From: Oopsacas minuta
Taxonomy: Eukaryota > Animalia > Porifera
Assembly: GCA_024704765.1 (NCBI GenBank)
Contig: JAKMXF010000296.1
Span: 1 to 64,000, forward strand
Direction of reading: 5' to 3'
Length of the DNA: 64,000 nucleotides
Shown here: positions 1 to 12,205 of the stretch, one piece after another
Layout: each line of letters opens with the position of its first letter
How positions within the stretch are numbered: the first letter of the stretch is position 1
Position numbers and translations under genes: made by a program
The notes under the pieces: generated by a model
Told to the model about the DNA's origin: nothing
What the model saw: only the letters and a program-made list of their open reading frames with translations
The model's database searches: none

Positions 1-99
<99 letters not shown>
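1..99. repeat. (ATT)n microsatellite, runs off the window start
   Basis: Uninterrupted ATT trinucleotide repeat. Confidence 0.98.
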
Positions 100-118
100 T
101 ATTATTCTGTCCCCATTA

Positions 119-472
119 CATGGTTGCCGTGGGAATGGGAAACGAATCTGTCACGCTTCAATAAGTAATTACCCGAAAGCAAGGATAACTAACAATGAGA
201 AATGGTAGAATTATAGAGTTTTGGGTGAAAAACAAGTAAATGTAATTAACTAGCCTCTAGAATAGAATATATAATCCAAGTATCGTAGTCGCTATGTGTG
301 GTCGGTACGTCGACTATTCACTAATAATAGATGTGCTATAAATAGCCTGTACAGATCCTCTAAAATGGGAATCCTATAGGAATTCTCTAGGGATTCCCAC
401 AGAATTCCCATATTGGAATTTCCATGGGATTCTCATAGGATAACTACAATTCCCATTCCCACGGCAACCCTG
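119..472. mobile_element. MITE (~354 bp)
   Basis: GGTTGCCGTGGGAATGGGAA (122-141) is the exact reverse complement of TTCCCATTCCCACGGCAACC (450-469). The interior is non-coding. TSD is unclear. Confidence 0.75.
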
Positions 473-749
473 GTAACAGTAGGCTGTAAAGTTCATAACA
501 AGCTACAAGCATTCTCGTATCTGTAAAATCTGTATACTATTATCTGAATTGTTTATAGATACTTTCACTGCTAACAGTGTGCAATCATTATAGATATATC
601 TGTCATAGTATAAACTCCTGCTCCTTCCGGTTACCCTATCACATGGGTAATTTCCTTTGTATTATTCTATTTATAAATTACAGAATTATGAATTATATGA
701 ATCCACTAATTCTCACAGTTTCACAAATTTAGTCCATATACAAATTAGT

Positions 750-990
750 CCGGTGTCATAGGGAATCCTGTTCCCCCGGAATACTTGTTCACGTTTCTTT
801 GACCCGCGTACGTGTGCTAAGTATGCAAGGGGAAACACTCGGAGAAACAGGGTTTCCTAGAGAATAATGTTTCCCTAACATCATTCACTAGTGAATAATG
901 TTCGGGGAAACAATATTCCCTAGCGAATAGTGATTGGGGAACACTATTCCCTGAATTTGGTGAGGGGAACAGGATTACCTCTGACACCGG
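750..990. mobile_element. MITE with CCGGTGTCA termini
   Basis: 27-bp TIRs CCGGTGTCATAGGGAATCCTGTTCCCC / GGGGAACAGGATTACCTCTGACACCGG with 2 mismatches. The same terminal motif recurs at 28261-28269 and 28459-28572. Confidence 0.8.
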
Positions 991-1077
991 TATTACATGT
1001 AATTTTCTTAATTACTCTTGACGAGGAAGTCTATCAGTCCGTATTTGTAATATGCTTTTTCCAAATTTTGTAGTATA

Positions 1078-1256
1078 TAGTGGAAACCGCCTAATATATT
1101 AGCAATTCGAATTTTGAAGAATTTACCTTGCTAATACACGAATTTTGCAATTATGCACACTAATTACCACTCAAGACTGCACTCTATCTCCATGAAAAAG
1201 GTTGCTAATATGCGGATTTTTCCATTAAACTAATTGCTAATAGACGGTTTCCACTA
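1078..1256. mobile_element. pogo/Tc1-type MITE
   Basis: TAGTGGAAACCG...CGGTTTCCACTA termini flanked by TA on both sides. Confidence 0.7.
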
Positions 1257-1499
1257 TAAATGAATGTGCATTCATATATAGTCAGGTGTGAGGCAGACAA
1301 ATATGCCGCTCCTTTTTCAGGCTCGGGAGAGAGAAGCGAGAGCGCGCTCAAAAAAATGAGGAGCGCTTAATTATTAGGCAGTCTGATTTAGTATATTAAA
1401 TGGGTTGCCGATATTATTCTTGTAACCTCCTCAGCGAAAACAGTTGAGAAACACAGTTGAAATATTAATTAAATTTGGTTTGATTAAAGTTAAAGAACT

Positions 1500-3600
1500 C
1501 ATTGAGAGAAGCTGATAGAGCTAAAGAACTCAAAAATCAGAATAAAACCAAAAATCCCCTTACTAAGCCGAATCCTATGAGGAATTTGATTAGTCACTAT
1601 AATTATATAATGCTGTAATGAATTGACTATAATGGGGTATCTTAAGACAAAGATACATGGCGATACCGGAAATAGTCGGGACATTGAGGATCTTCATTCT
1701 CTTGCTCCCTCCCTAGAACAACCAACTCGCACTATGATCCTATTCTTCATGAGCACCTCTACAATGTTCTTAATTCACAAGAGAGAGGCAAACGCCTACA
1801 AGCACATTATTTGTCTGATACCTCTTAAAATGAATTAATCTCATTGTGTGCTAAATCTGTAAGATATCGCATCTTTGATCAATTACGAGATTCTAAATAT
1901 TACTCAATCATAGTTGACTCGACGTCTGATTCAAGCCACAAAGAGCAGACCACATTTATTCTTCGTTACTTCATGAAAGAAAACGGAATCTTCTCAGTTA
2001 AAGATTTTTAAAATTTATCGATTGTAGTAACAAATCTGGAGCAGATATTGCATTGCTAATTGTACAAACTCTCCATGAATTCCAAATATCTCTTGCTGAT
2101 TGTAGGGGACAGGGGTATGACAAAGTAGCAAACATGAGTATAATGGAGTTCAAAAGTACATACTGAACTTAAATCCATTCGCTATATTTCATCATATGCT
2201 TGTCACTCATTAAATTTGTGTGGAGCAGGCTCAGCTATATGCTGTAGACATGCAATAACATACTTTGGTGTTATACAGACGGTGTATGACCTATTTTCGT
2301 CGAGTCCTCAACGATGGGAAATTTTACTAGCTGAAATAGGTAGAACATTAAAGGGGCTATCTGGCGCGAGATGGACCAATAGAGTGGCTACTGTTCGACC
2401 GTTTTCGAAATCTCTTTCGGGTTTACGTGTTGCTCTTGAGAAACTACAGTCTCTAAATCTAACCCCAAAGACGTCAAGCGATGTAAATGGTGCACTTAGG
2501 TATTTTCTCAGTTTACATGTGTTATAATGTCATTAATGTGGCTAAAGATTCTAGTAGAGATCGACAACATGAATCAAGTAATTCAAGCTCGCGGAACTAC
2601 AATTGATGTCGAGGTGAGCAACCTTAGATCATTCATACAACGTTTGCAAAAACTTAAAGATTCATGGAGTGAGATACTCAATGAATCGGAACTAGTTGCT
2701 TCTGCAATGGGCATTCTCCTGAGTTTCCAACCCATCGAAAGCGAAAATCAAAAACTTTCATTGATTGATCAGAAAATGATCAACCCAAGAGTGAACTTTT
2801 ATCAAGTTCCGCTGAATTTATGGAAGTATCCTTTAATATCATTATGGAATCTGTACTTAGTGGAATTTCACGGCGTTTTTCATCCGTTAAGAACATAACT
2901 CTTTATTTTGTTTCTTGTGTATGTATATGGAGATGAGTGAGGATGTATTATCAATTTCTTGTGTATAATTTGCAAAGTTTACTTCATGGATGTTTGTGAG
3001 AAGGATCTTGAAAGTGAAATATTTCATCTGAAGTCCATTCATGAAGCCAAATATGGAGAAAGACAACTCAATCCACTCGACTTGTAAACATTATTCACAA
3101 ACAAAATTTGAAGAGATCTTTTGCAACATTTCAGTCGTACTTCGTATTTTATGCATACTCCCGATTACAATGGCCTCTGGTGAACGAAGTTTTAGCAAGC
3201 TATCATTGATTAAAAACTACCTTCGAAGTACAATGGGACAGGAAAGGCTGAATGATCTCGCAATACTTAGCATAGAGAGCGACCTGGCAAGAAATGTTGA
3301 CTTTAGCTCTATTATTGATGAATTTGCTAGAGAGAAGCCAGAAAAGCATATTTTGGAAGAATCTTGTGTATGCTAATAATAATAATGTACAGATAGGTAT
3401 AATTTAATAACATTTTCGATAAGTCAGGGCGTGGATTGAGACCGCCTTAGATAATCTTGTTGTATATTAGACCTAAAAAATATTAAAACCTGAGGGGAAA
3501 AATCAAAAGTATTTAGACCTGTTTTTGGGTCTTCACTCGTATTAAAGGGAGCCCCAAAAATTAATTATCTCGGGGCCCCAGCTTGCCCTCCGCGGTACAG
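1500..3600 (+). mobile_element. Degenerate hAT element (ZMYM1-like transposase pseudogene)
   Basis: Frameshifted fragments carry SKYYSIIVDSTSD, DCRGQGYD, HSLNL and the hAT dimerisation motif ASGERSFSKLSLIKNYLRSTMGQERLNDLAILSIE (3041-3376). A GGGGCCCC subterminal motif lies near 3570. Ends are approximate. Confidence 0.85.
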
Positions 3601-3848
3601 AGTACATACCCGCCATTACATCTCAAGCAACTAGCATACACAGATCAATAGAAAGCATGTATCTGAGATTTTGGAAATATATTTAAGTATTTTGGTATTG
3701 AGGTTAAAATGTAAGTGAAGCGAGCAGAAACTTTACCGATCGCAATTTGAAATAGCAATGGTTATAAACTTTTCTTGTTTTAAGATCATATGTCGGCTAG
3801 TGTCCGATTTTCTCATGTCCTCTGCTATTATCATTCATGTGCTTAATT

Positions 3849-4063
3849 CAAGGTTTCAACCGAATAGTTCAATATTCGGTTCAGCCAGATAATATTTGGC
3901 GAATAGTTCAATATTTGGTTAACAAGCGAATATCAGTATTCGGTATTCGTTTGGTCCAAACCGAATATTATCAGTATTCGATTGATGTAACCGAATATTA
4001 TCAGTATTCGGTTAAGCAGCTATTCATGAATACTGATATTCGGTTCGATCGGTTTCAACCTTG
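3849..4063. mobile_element. hAT-type MITE with internal ACCGAATA repeats
   Basis: CAAGGTTTCAACCGA...TCGGTTTCAACCTTG termini with an 8-bp TSD GCTTAATT (3841-3848, 4064-4071). Relatives at ~19490, 46281 and ~48680. Confidence 0.9.
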
Positions 4064-4354
4064 GCTTAATTATCCTAGCGAGCGGGATGTATCCTCCTAT
4101 CCTCTGGATCCGCCACTGCATTAGCTTAGGTCACGCAAATATAGAATCTATGATTCGTGTTCTTGTCTCTTTGATAGTTTCTACCAACACAAATTTATAC
4201 GTCTACAAGAGGAGAGACCCTGTTTGACGAAAAGTAAAAATACTGAACACATTCTTCGTACAGTTAGGTGATCTCTAGCAGGTCACATGGGTAGGGATGG
4301 CGGAAATGCTGTTAATAGCTACAATTCTCCAAACAATTAATTGTTTAGACTATA

Positions 4355-5662
4355 CAGGGTGGCTCCAAAGTTCTGATACAAGATCACGATTAATATACAA
4401 CCATTATCAGGAATTATTCTCAATGGTTTGCTCTTCCATAACATACCTTATACGCTTCCTAACAAATATTATTTCAATTTGGCGTATTCTATTTCGAAAA
4501 AAAATTGTGATTGACCATGGAATCTGAGAGGTCAGCAATTTTTGAGTTGCATGTAGCGGGGAAAAGTCCATCAGAAATTTTGAAACTGCTGAATATTGCA
4601 AAATGACGTAGGGCATTTATCTACAGGACGATAAATCGATATAAGGAAACTAGGGACACTGTAGACAAGCAGAGATCTTGTTGTCCATGATCTGTAACGA
4701 CCCAGGTCTCAAGAAAGGGGTGCGAGAACGTTTTCGGCGGAACCCACACCGTCCGATGATGAAAATGGCCTTGGGAGCTCAATATATCTCGCCGAGCAAT
4801 ACAAAAGGTTGTCAAAAGGGACCTAGGAATGCGCTCTTTTAAACGCAAAAAGGTACAATTCCTATCTGGGTCGGTGAAAGAAAAGAGAGTGTCCCGGAGC
4901 AAGAGCCTACTTGCTCAACACGCTATTGGGATTCTCGAAAATATTCTTTTCTCAGATGAGAAAATTTTCACCATAGAAGAGGCTACAAATTGCCAAAACG
5001 ACAGAGTCATCTCGACCTCAGTTTCAGCGATCCCTGATAAGTTCGGATATATCAGTCGGATGAAGTAACCACTGTCGGTTATGGTTTGGGCTGGGGTCTC
5101 TGCTGTTGGCCGGACACCACTGATTTTCATTACCCAGAAGTGAAAATCAATGCCAAAACATACTGAGAGCTTGTATTAGAGCCTGTGGTAAAAGGTCTGA
5201 GCCAGACCATGTTTTCTGGACAGCTATTTGTCTTCCAACAAGATGGTGCTCCCGCCCATACGGCCAATACGACCCAAGATTGGCTGAAGCACAATACTCC
5301 CAATTTTATACACAAAGATGAATGGCCACCATACAGTCCCGATTTAAATCCTATGGACTATTCTGTATGGTCTATCTTGGAAAATAAGGCTTGTTCTGTG
5401 TCACACAACACAGTTAGCTCTCTAAATATTTCCTTGTGTCGAGAATGGGAGAAGATACCCCAAGAAACTCTGCATGCCGCAGTAGAAGGGTTCCCGAACA
5501 GACTCAGGGCTGTCATTTCCATAAAGGGTGGTTATATTGAAATGACTAGGCAATATCTTCCTAATAGCATGTATTAATTTTATATAGAAAATCAATAATG
5601 TAGGTCATGCTGAAAAATATTATAGACAAAATGGTTTGTATCAGAACTTTGGAGCCACCCTG
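4355..5662 (+). mobile_element. Tc1/mariner element, DD37D (maT-like), transposase disrupted
   Basis: TIR CAGGGTGGCTCCAAAGTTCTGATACAA at both ends with TA TSD. Fragments LFSDEKIF and QQDGAPAH...WPPYSPDLNPMD, with 37 residues counted between the last two Asp. Confidence 0.95.
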
Positions 5663-6174
5663 TATATGAATTTGTTTGGATTCAACAAATAATAACATAC
5701 TGTACGCAAATGTGCAGCTCCCCATGGGTCCGAATCCTTAATTTGACTAATTTTTGTCCTTCAGAATTTTATCAGCTGATGTATTTATCCATGTGAAAAA
5801 TATTTGAACCCGATCTATTTTAGTTCATGAATGCACAATTCGGTGTGAAAAGACAGAAATAATAACACATATTGTAACTATGACAACGATATGCCAAACA
5901 AATTCAGAAAAGTATCAATAGAGCCATTGTTTGCAGACTGTATTATATTTTTCACTACTCACATCAAACCTAACAACTCCATTTTCATATTTTAGCTTAT
6001 TATTTTCATGGCAACACCAATTCTGATATTTCTTTCTCTTCTGATTCTAAAACTACCAATGAGTTATGGGAGCATGGTGACGACAATTCTCAATCTAACA
6101 ACACATCCAGCTCATCCATTGATATTGAAACGTTTAGCTCTCAGTCTTTTAATTCTCCAGGTTCTTCCCAACAA

Positions 6175-8194
6175 TTGACACCAGGCATAGCGTCTCCTAT
6201 GACAGTATTGAACCTCTCTTCCCAGGAATCTGAATTTTTCTTCCCCCCAATGTCGAGCACTCCTATCCCACCGCGAAAACGAGGACGACCTTCGAAAGGC
6301 TCAAAGTTCCGAGGAAATCAATATACAAAATCTATTCACGAAACTGACGAGATTTCCTCACTCGATAACTCAATTCTACCTTCACCTACTAGAACCTCTG
6401 TGAAACGTGAAGACTGTCATTCCTCGCCGTGGCTATACATCACGAATATCCGCTCTTATCTATCAATCGAAACGTGACGTAACTTTCGAATGTAACAACA
6501 CCACAAAACATATAAAAGCTTCTAAACCATCTGGAATGAGGATACTTGATATCGGCATAATTGCAGAAGCCATGACGAAGATAGCATGCAGTCAATGTCA
6601 CACTGGATACTTATTATTATTCGAATCTGATTTTCAACATGGATGGCAAACAGATTTCTACCTAAAATGCTCTCATTGTAACCACCAATTTGCCGATTTC
6701 CCTTCATCTAAACCTATGGACGTTCCATTTTTGAAAGAACAAAATTCGTAAATGTTCCACTTCCAAAACGAGAACAAAACGAAGTAGCAATGAGCTCTAT
6801 CCTAGCTGTACACTGTTCAGGACTTTCATGGAGAGATCTACACAAATTCTCAACCATATTCGATATGGTACGATATCCATAAACCGAATTGTAAGAAAAA
6901 CTATAGCGGATCTAGTCAGTCAATGGAGCCAGCAGCAGCAAAAATGATTTGGAGTCGGTCATCTGAAAAGAGAAAACTATGCTCCATAACTTTTATCGGG
7001 GATGGAGACTCGAAATCATACAGCGAAATCTTGCAACTGAATCCCTATGACTCTATTCCCATCCACAAAGAGGAATGTACCACTCACGTTTCGAAACGAC
7101 TAAAGAAGACTTTGTGTAAGATCAAGAAGAACACTGCCAACAAGTCTTATGTTCAGTGCAAACTTTCTGAACCCAAAGCTGACTATATCTCTTCAACCTA
7201 TTCTGCCGTTATCTTTCAAACAGGGGCAAATCAACTGCTGAGTTGTGTAAAGCTATTTCTATCATTCTGGACCATGTTTGCGGTAATCATTCCAACTGCC
7301 CAGAAGACACATGGTGCCGATGGCGACAATCTTCATCCTCAGCAAAACCACCACCCCCTCCAATACCAACTACACACCTGTTGAACAAGCCAAAATTCGA
7401 GAAGTATTCCAAACATACGCTTCGAAAGAGTTTTGCAGCCACCTAACTCTTGGGCTGACTCAAAATGCCAACGAGTCACTACACAACGTTATCTGGAACT
7501 TTGTCCGAAGGCTAAGTATGTTTCCCCTCAAAGTCTTAGAATCTCAAAAGCCATCGCAGTTTCGATTTTCAATGAGGGCGAACTATGTCTATATGGTTTT
7601 ATGCGTGATCTAAATCTAAAACCTTCTCCTCTCTCCTTTAGATCAGTCTGCCTGCGTGAAGAAGTGAGAAAGAGACACCGAAACTATATCAAGAAAGTGA
7701 ACGTACACTGACGAACACGCAGACAGAAACTAATCAAGCTCCGGCATGAAAGGGATCTTCTCAGACAAGAAGGTGGACGTAGCTACAAGTCCAGTGGCTT
7801 TAGTGCTGAAACCTTCAGCAAGCCATCAAAACCCCTTCAAGTTCGAGGACAAAGAAGACCTAGAAGAAGCACATCTTCCCGAGGGACTACCAGCAGAGGC
7901 AAAGTTGTGAAACGATGTCTCATTCCAACAAGGGACTCTGATGATTCTGAAGACTCAACCACTACTTCCGACAATTCTCTAGCTGATAATGAAGTCGATA
8001 CTATCCCAAAAGAAACCTGCGTTATACGCCAACTCACACACCCTCCATCTCAAAGACAACAAGCCATATCTATTTGGGCTAGGGTGAAATGGCTAAGATG
8101 TACCCGATGCGACCGATCATTCCACCAGCGATGCACAGAACTGGACAGGGGGGCTGAGGATAGTTCTTTCATCTGTTTTAGTTGTTTAACCTGA
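6175..8194 (+). pseudogene. Mutator-like/Kolobok-type DDE transposase with N-terminal AT-hook and C-terminal PHD finger, frameshifted
   Basis: Consecutive fragments give RKRGRP, FRGNQYTK, CSQC...CSHC, FIGDGDS, KEECTTHVSKRL, TQNANESLHNVIW and WLRCTRCDRSFHQRC...FICFSC. The region around the first catalytic Asp appears deleted. Superfamily is assigned from motif recall only. Confidence 0.75.
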
Positions 8195-8399
8195 TATATT
8201 CCCTAAATTATGCACATTGATCGACCAACTAATAGCATTTTTATTTTTTTGGCCGCATGACGGATATTGTCCCGATATAGATTTTTTGAAATCTATTGGT
8301 TGATCACTTGATAATCTCCATGATATACCCCCGTCTTGATTGGAGATTATCACATCTTTTGACTGATTTTTTATTGTTTGTTATCAGTCAAAAGCAAGA

Positions 8400-8456
8400 T
8401 GGTGTCTTAAGACAAGGCGTAGCTTGACTGATGAGTCCTAGCGGGACGAAACACCA
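8400..8456 (+). ncRNA. Type III hammerhead ribozyme
   Basis: UGGUGU-C(8406)-UUAAG-loop-CUUGA-CUGAUGA-GUCC-UAGCG-GGAC-GAA-ACACCA. Stems I, II and III all pair, the core is complete and the cleavage triplet is GUC. Confidence 0.87.
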
Positions 8457-8539
8457 CTATAATATGTATATATTCAAAAAATATATTTTATGAATCTTTA
8501 ACTTCAATTGTCTCAAAACTATGTTTTTCGCCATATGGG

Positions 8540-8805
8540 CCAATTACTTTTGAAAAAGACTGTTTCTTTTGCTCTGAAAATTTAGGGGAAGTATTTATAC
8601 AATGTTATTTGAAATCTGGACCACATTTGGAATGAATGAACGAATAATTCTCATGATATCACACCCTAAGACCGGTTTTTAGCCTATTTTTGCCAGACCC
8701 CACATCAAACGTTAATACCTTCTCTCCAGAAATTAGAACTACATATTGTTAGCATATATAACAATTTATAGGTCTTAGGCAATAGTCTTCTTCAAAAGTA
8801 ATTGG
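8540..8805. repeat. 25-bp inverted repeat pair (MITE or subterminal region) ending near CT-TTAA at 8821-8826
   Basis: CCAATTACTTTTGAAAAAGACTGTT (8540-8564) matches the reverse complement of 8781-8805 at 23/25. Confidence 0.6.
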
Positions 8806-10080
8806 GTAATATGTCCCGAACTTTAATGTTACGTCTACTGGAGGACTTTTGTCCCCCCCCTTTTCATGCCCAATTCGTAATACACACTAGATACATCGGG
8901 GTTTATTATTATTATTATCTCATAGTTTGGCCAATGCAAACGAGCTGGAAAACAATAAACATGTATAATGGCATATACTTTAGAAAATAGCCCATACCGT
9001 AATACAAAGTTCGCGGTGAGTTCATCGAAATTCCTGGAGATTAACCGTAACACTTACGGAGATCTATGATTTTCACGGATCATTTCAAATCTCACCCTGA
9101 GTCTAATCCGGCCCTACGTACAACAGTGGAGAACTTAATAATTAAGATGTCTATGATATGCTTAGATTCTGATTTGTAAAAGGCTGCATATTTTTCCACT
9201 TTTGTTGTTGACTAAAACATGTGTGCAACAATAAGTGTGAGTGCTATAACTAGTGAAAGTTTCATTAACTGAGGTGTAATATGTCTTGAGCTAGTTTATA
9301 CAAATACAAAATGTGTTATATTTTTCAGGCGAATAAATATTCTTATGTTATGAATTGATAGTGTTGGACAGATGCAAGTACATTTTGGACGATGAATCAG
9401 GGCTCCTGATCTAAAACATATTATAACTATCAATTTTCAAGATTTCATTGATATTCAATAAATTAATGTATTCGTACATACAAGTATACAAAGTAGCGTA
9501 TTTCTATTTTCAATTTGAATACTTAAAACTCTTTCTTTTTGTACAATATTGCGTGGCACTTGGTAATCATGCTTCCAAAGTCCGAACACATGCCCAAGCC
9601 ACGCTAGTGGTAGTTAAATTGAATGAAAAAGTATATATTCATAATATTATTTGGTATCTGTTCTTCTCTTTCTGAAATTCTCTCATCAATGGGAAACCTC
9701 ATATTGTTTAAACCTTTATGAGCTCTTCACTCATCCATATTTTACCAAGAAACATATCTTAGATTTCCCTCAATCGTTGAACAATAGGCAAAGTGTAAAT
9801 ATATAAAACGTATATTGTTACTTTAAATAGAGTAATTTATTTGGAAATTTTTGACTTTTTATTGAAATTTGATTCTTCAAGATGGGATGTTGTTTTGGTA
9901 ATCAGAAAAGTGTAAGTAATATTTTAGGTATGACATCTGTCCAATGTAGGATTTTTCAATGTATTTGTGGCCTTAGTGCACTATCCAATTTTCTATTCAA
10001 TTAATGCATTTTGTTTCACATACTATATATTCAAGCAGAAATTAATCTTACGGCGAACGTATTGTTGTTAATTAGATACA

Positions 10081-12205
10081 CAGGGCCGTAGGAAGCTGTT
10101 CAACTGTGGTCAGGCCATAAGGCCTAATCAAGGTTGGGTTTCAGCAGAGCCGGATTAAGCAGTTCCGAGGCCCTGGGCTAAATATTCAATGAGGCCCTCG
10201 AACCCTTTTACCCCTGAAATTTATACAGGAGTAAATTTGTTAAATGTATTTCACTAAAGTTTTGTAGAATTATTTATAGTCTAAAATTGCATGACATCCA
10301 TCAAAAATTAAATTTTCGAGACTTCATTTCAACAAATGTCCTTAGTACATCCTCAAATTCAACTTTTTTGAGTATTTCGCTTTCATGTGACATAAGAGAT
10401 AGGTAATTAAGTCTTTCCTGTTTCATACAAGTTCTCTTTTCATTTAAAATAAGTCTCAGCTTTGAAAATGAGCGTTCTCCTGTTGCATTAGTTATCATCA
10501 GTGACAAATATATACGCATCATAATTTCGACATTCGGAAATGTTGATACTAGTTGATAGTCAAATAGGATGTCATAAATTTGTTGTACTGATACTAGGTC
10601 ACAACTCTTGATTTCAAGATCCACGAAGTGACAAAAGTGCTTGTATTTCTCTGAAAATTCTTTCTCTAAGTCCGATCGGTATTCTTGTTTTAACCGTTCA
10701 TATGCTAGTTCAATATCTTTTTCTGATATATGTCTGAATTCATAGAGAAAGCCAAATAAATTATAGACCTGCTCATATGCTTCGATGCGTGTTTTGAGTG
10801 CTACTGATAAGTTATCTAAAATGAGTAAGAACGAATCTACCCTGAATCAGACTCATATTCTTTCTTGTTAGGATCAATTTTCTGCAAATCTATACCAACT
10901 TCCAGCAATTTATGTTGATTTTCATTCACAGGAAACTAACAATTTGTGATATTTCACTTCTTTCGTTTTTTCCTGAAGCAACATCAACAACGTCTGTAAC
11001 TGTAATTTCTCTAGGCATACGTGAAAACCCAAGATCCTATATCTTTGGTGTTTGGCGAATAATTAATTCGTTTTCCTTTCTTTTCTCTTCCTGTTTCTTG
11101 TGCTTGGCTGCACCACTTTCATGACGCTTTTCACGCTCTCAGCCATAAGTTAAATAATAACTAAAATTCAGAAATCTTACTAATAAATAACAGAATAAAA
11201 GTTGCAATTATGTACAAGAATACCATCTTCTCCCCTAGGTCGAAACCGCAGGTAAGAAACAGGAATGATTTTTCAACAACTCAAGTACTGATGAACAATG
11301 ACCGTTGATTTTACACACAGTACTGAAATGGTTTCTTAGCTTGAAGGTGGCAACCACTGTTATCGAATACCCAGGGCTCGATTAAGCTAGATGGGGTCTG
11401 AGACACAGCTGAATTTGGGGCCAGGAGGCCTGTGCCTCATGGTTATTCGGGCACTGCGAATACCTTAAGCTGGAATTCAGAGACCCCCTTTTGTCTCGAG
11501 GCCCTGGGCTGCAGCCCAGTTAGCCCATTGGATAATCTGGCTCTGGGTTTCAGAGAACCTTACCGGGGAAGTTTTGAAACAAAATGCCTTGAAATAGCTC
11601 ATTGACTACCTGGTATAATACATTTCCACATTATTTCAGATTAAACAAATCATTTTGATTTTCAGACATACTGACAAATAATAAAGTATCATGGAAATAA
11701 TGATTGTAACTATAAAATACATTACAATTAAATGATTATTGTAGCATCATTCCTTTTTCAATCAGAAGATACTAAGATATGTATAAAATAGGCAAGCATT
11801 TGGAGGTAAATGGATGAGGCAATCCTTCTCTTATGCTATATACAATTTTTGGTGAGTGAGGGTGAAGATAATTCTCTCAAATTATAGAAATTTTATGTTA
11901 ACTTATCTTACATTATTATTTGCTAGAGGCCAGACCAAAGTTTATCCGGTGTCCAATCGAATAGCAAATAGTAGAAGCACACCCGGCGAATATCCAACAC
12001 ATTTATTTAATCATTCAAAACTATGGTTCTTGTAAGTCAAGGCTGTGGAGGTGGTACAGAGAAAAAGTATAAAATATTAATATATGCAGTGATTTTAATA
12101 CTGGCCAATTTGCATAGTAAAAATCCATCAGTTTGGAGCGAATTGGTAGGGTGTTACTTTTCTGAAAGTGGTCAGGCCATGGCCTGACCACTTCCTACAA
12201 CCATG
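10081..12205. mobile_element. Possible older hAT-like shell enclosing the 10145-11545 element
   Basis: CAGGGCCGTAGGAAG at the left and CTTCCTACAACCATG at the right are imperfect inverted ends. Both ends carry GTGGTCAGGCC motifs. No TSD found. Confidence 0.45.
10145..11545 (-). mobile_element. Internally deleted hAT element
   Basis: TIRs CAGAGCCGGATTA / ATAATCTGGCTCTG with an 8-bp TSD GGTTTCAG. The C-terminal fragment TNATGERSFSKLRLI...QERLNYLSLMSHE is at 10301-10624. Confidence 0.9.
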
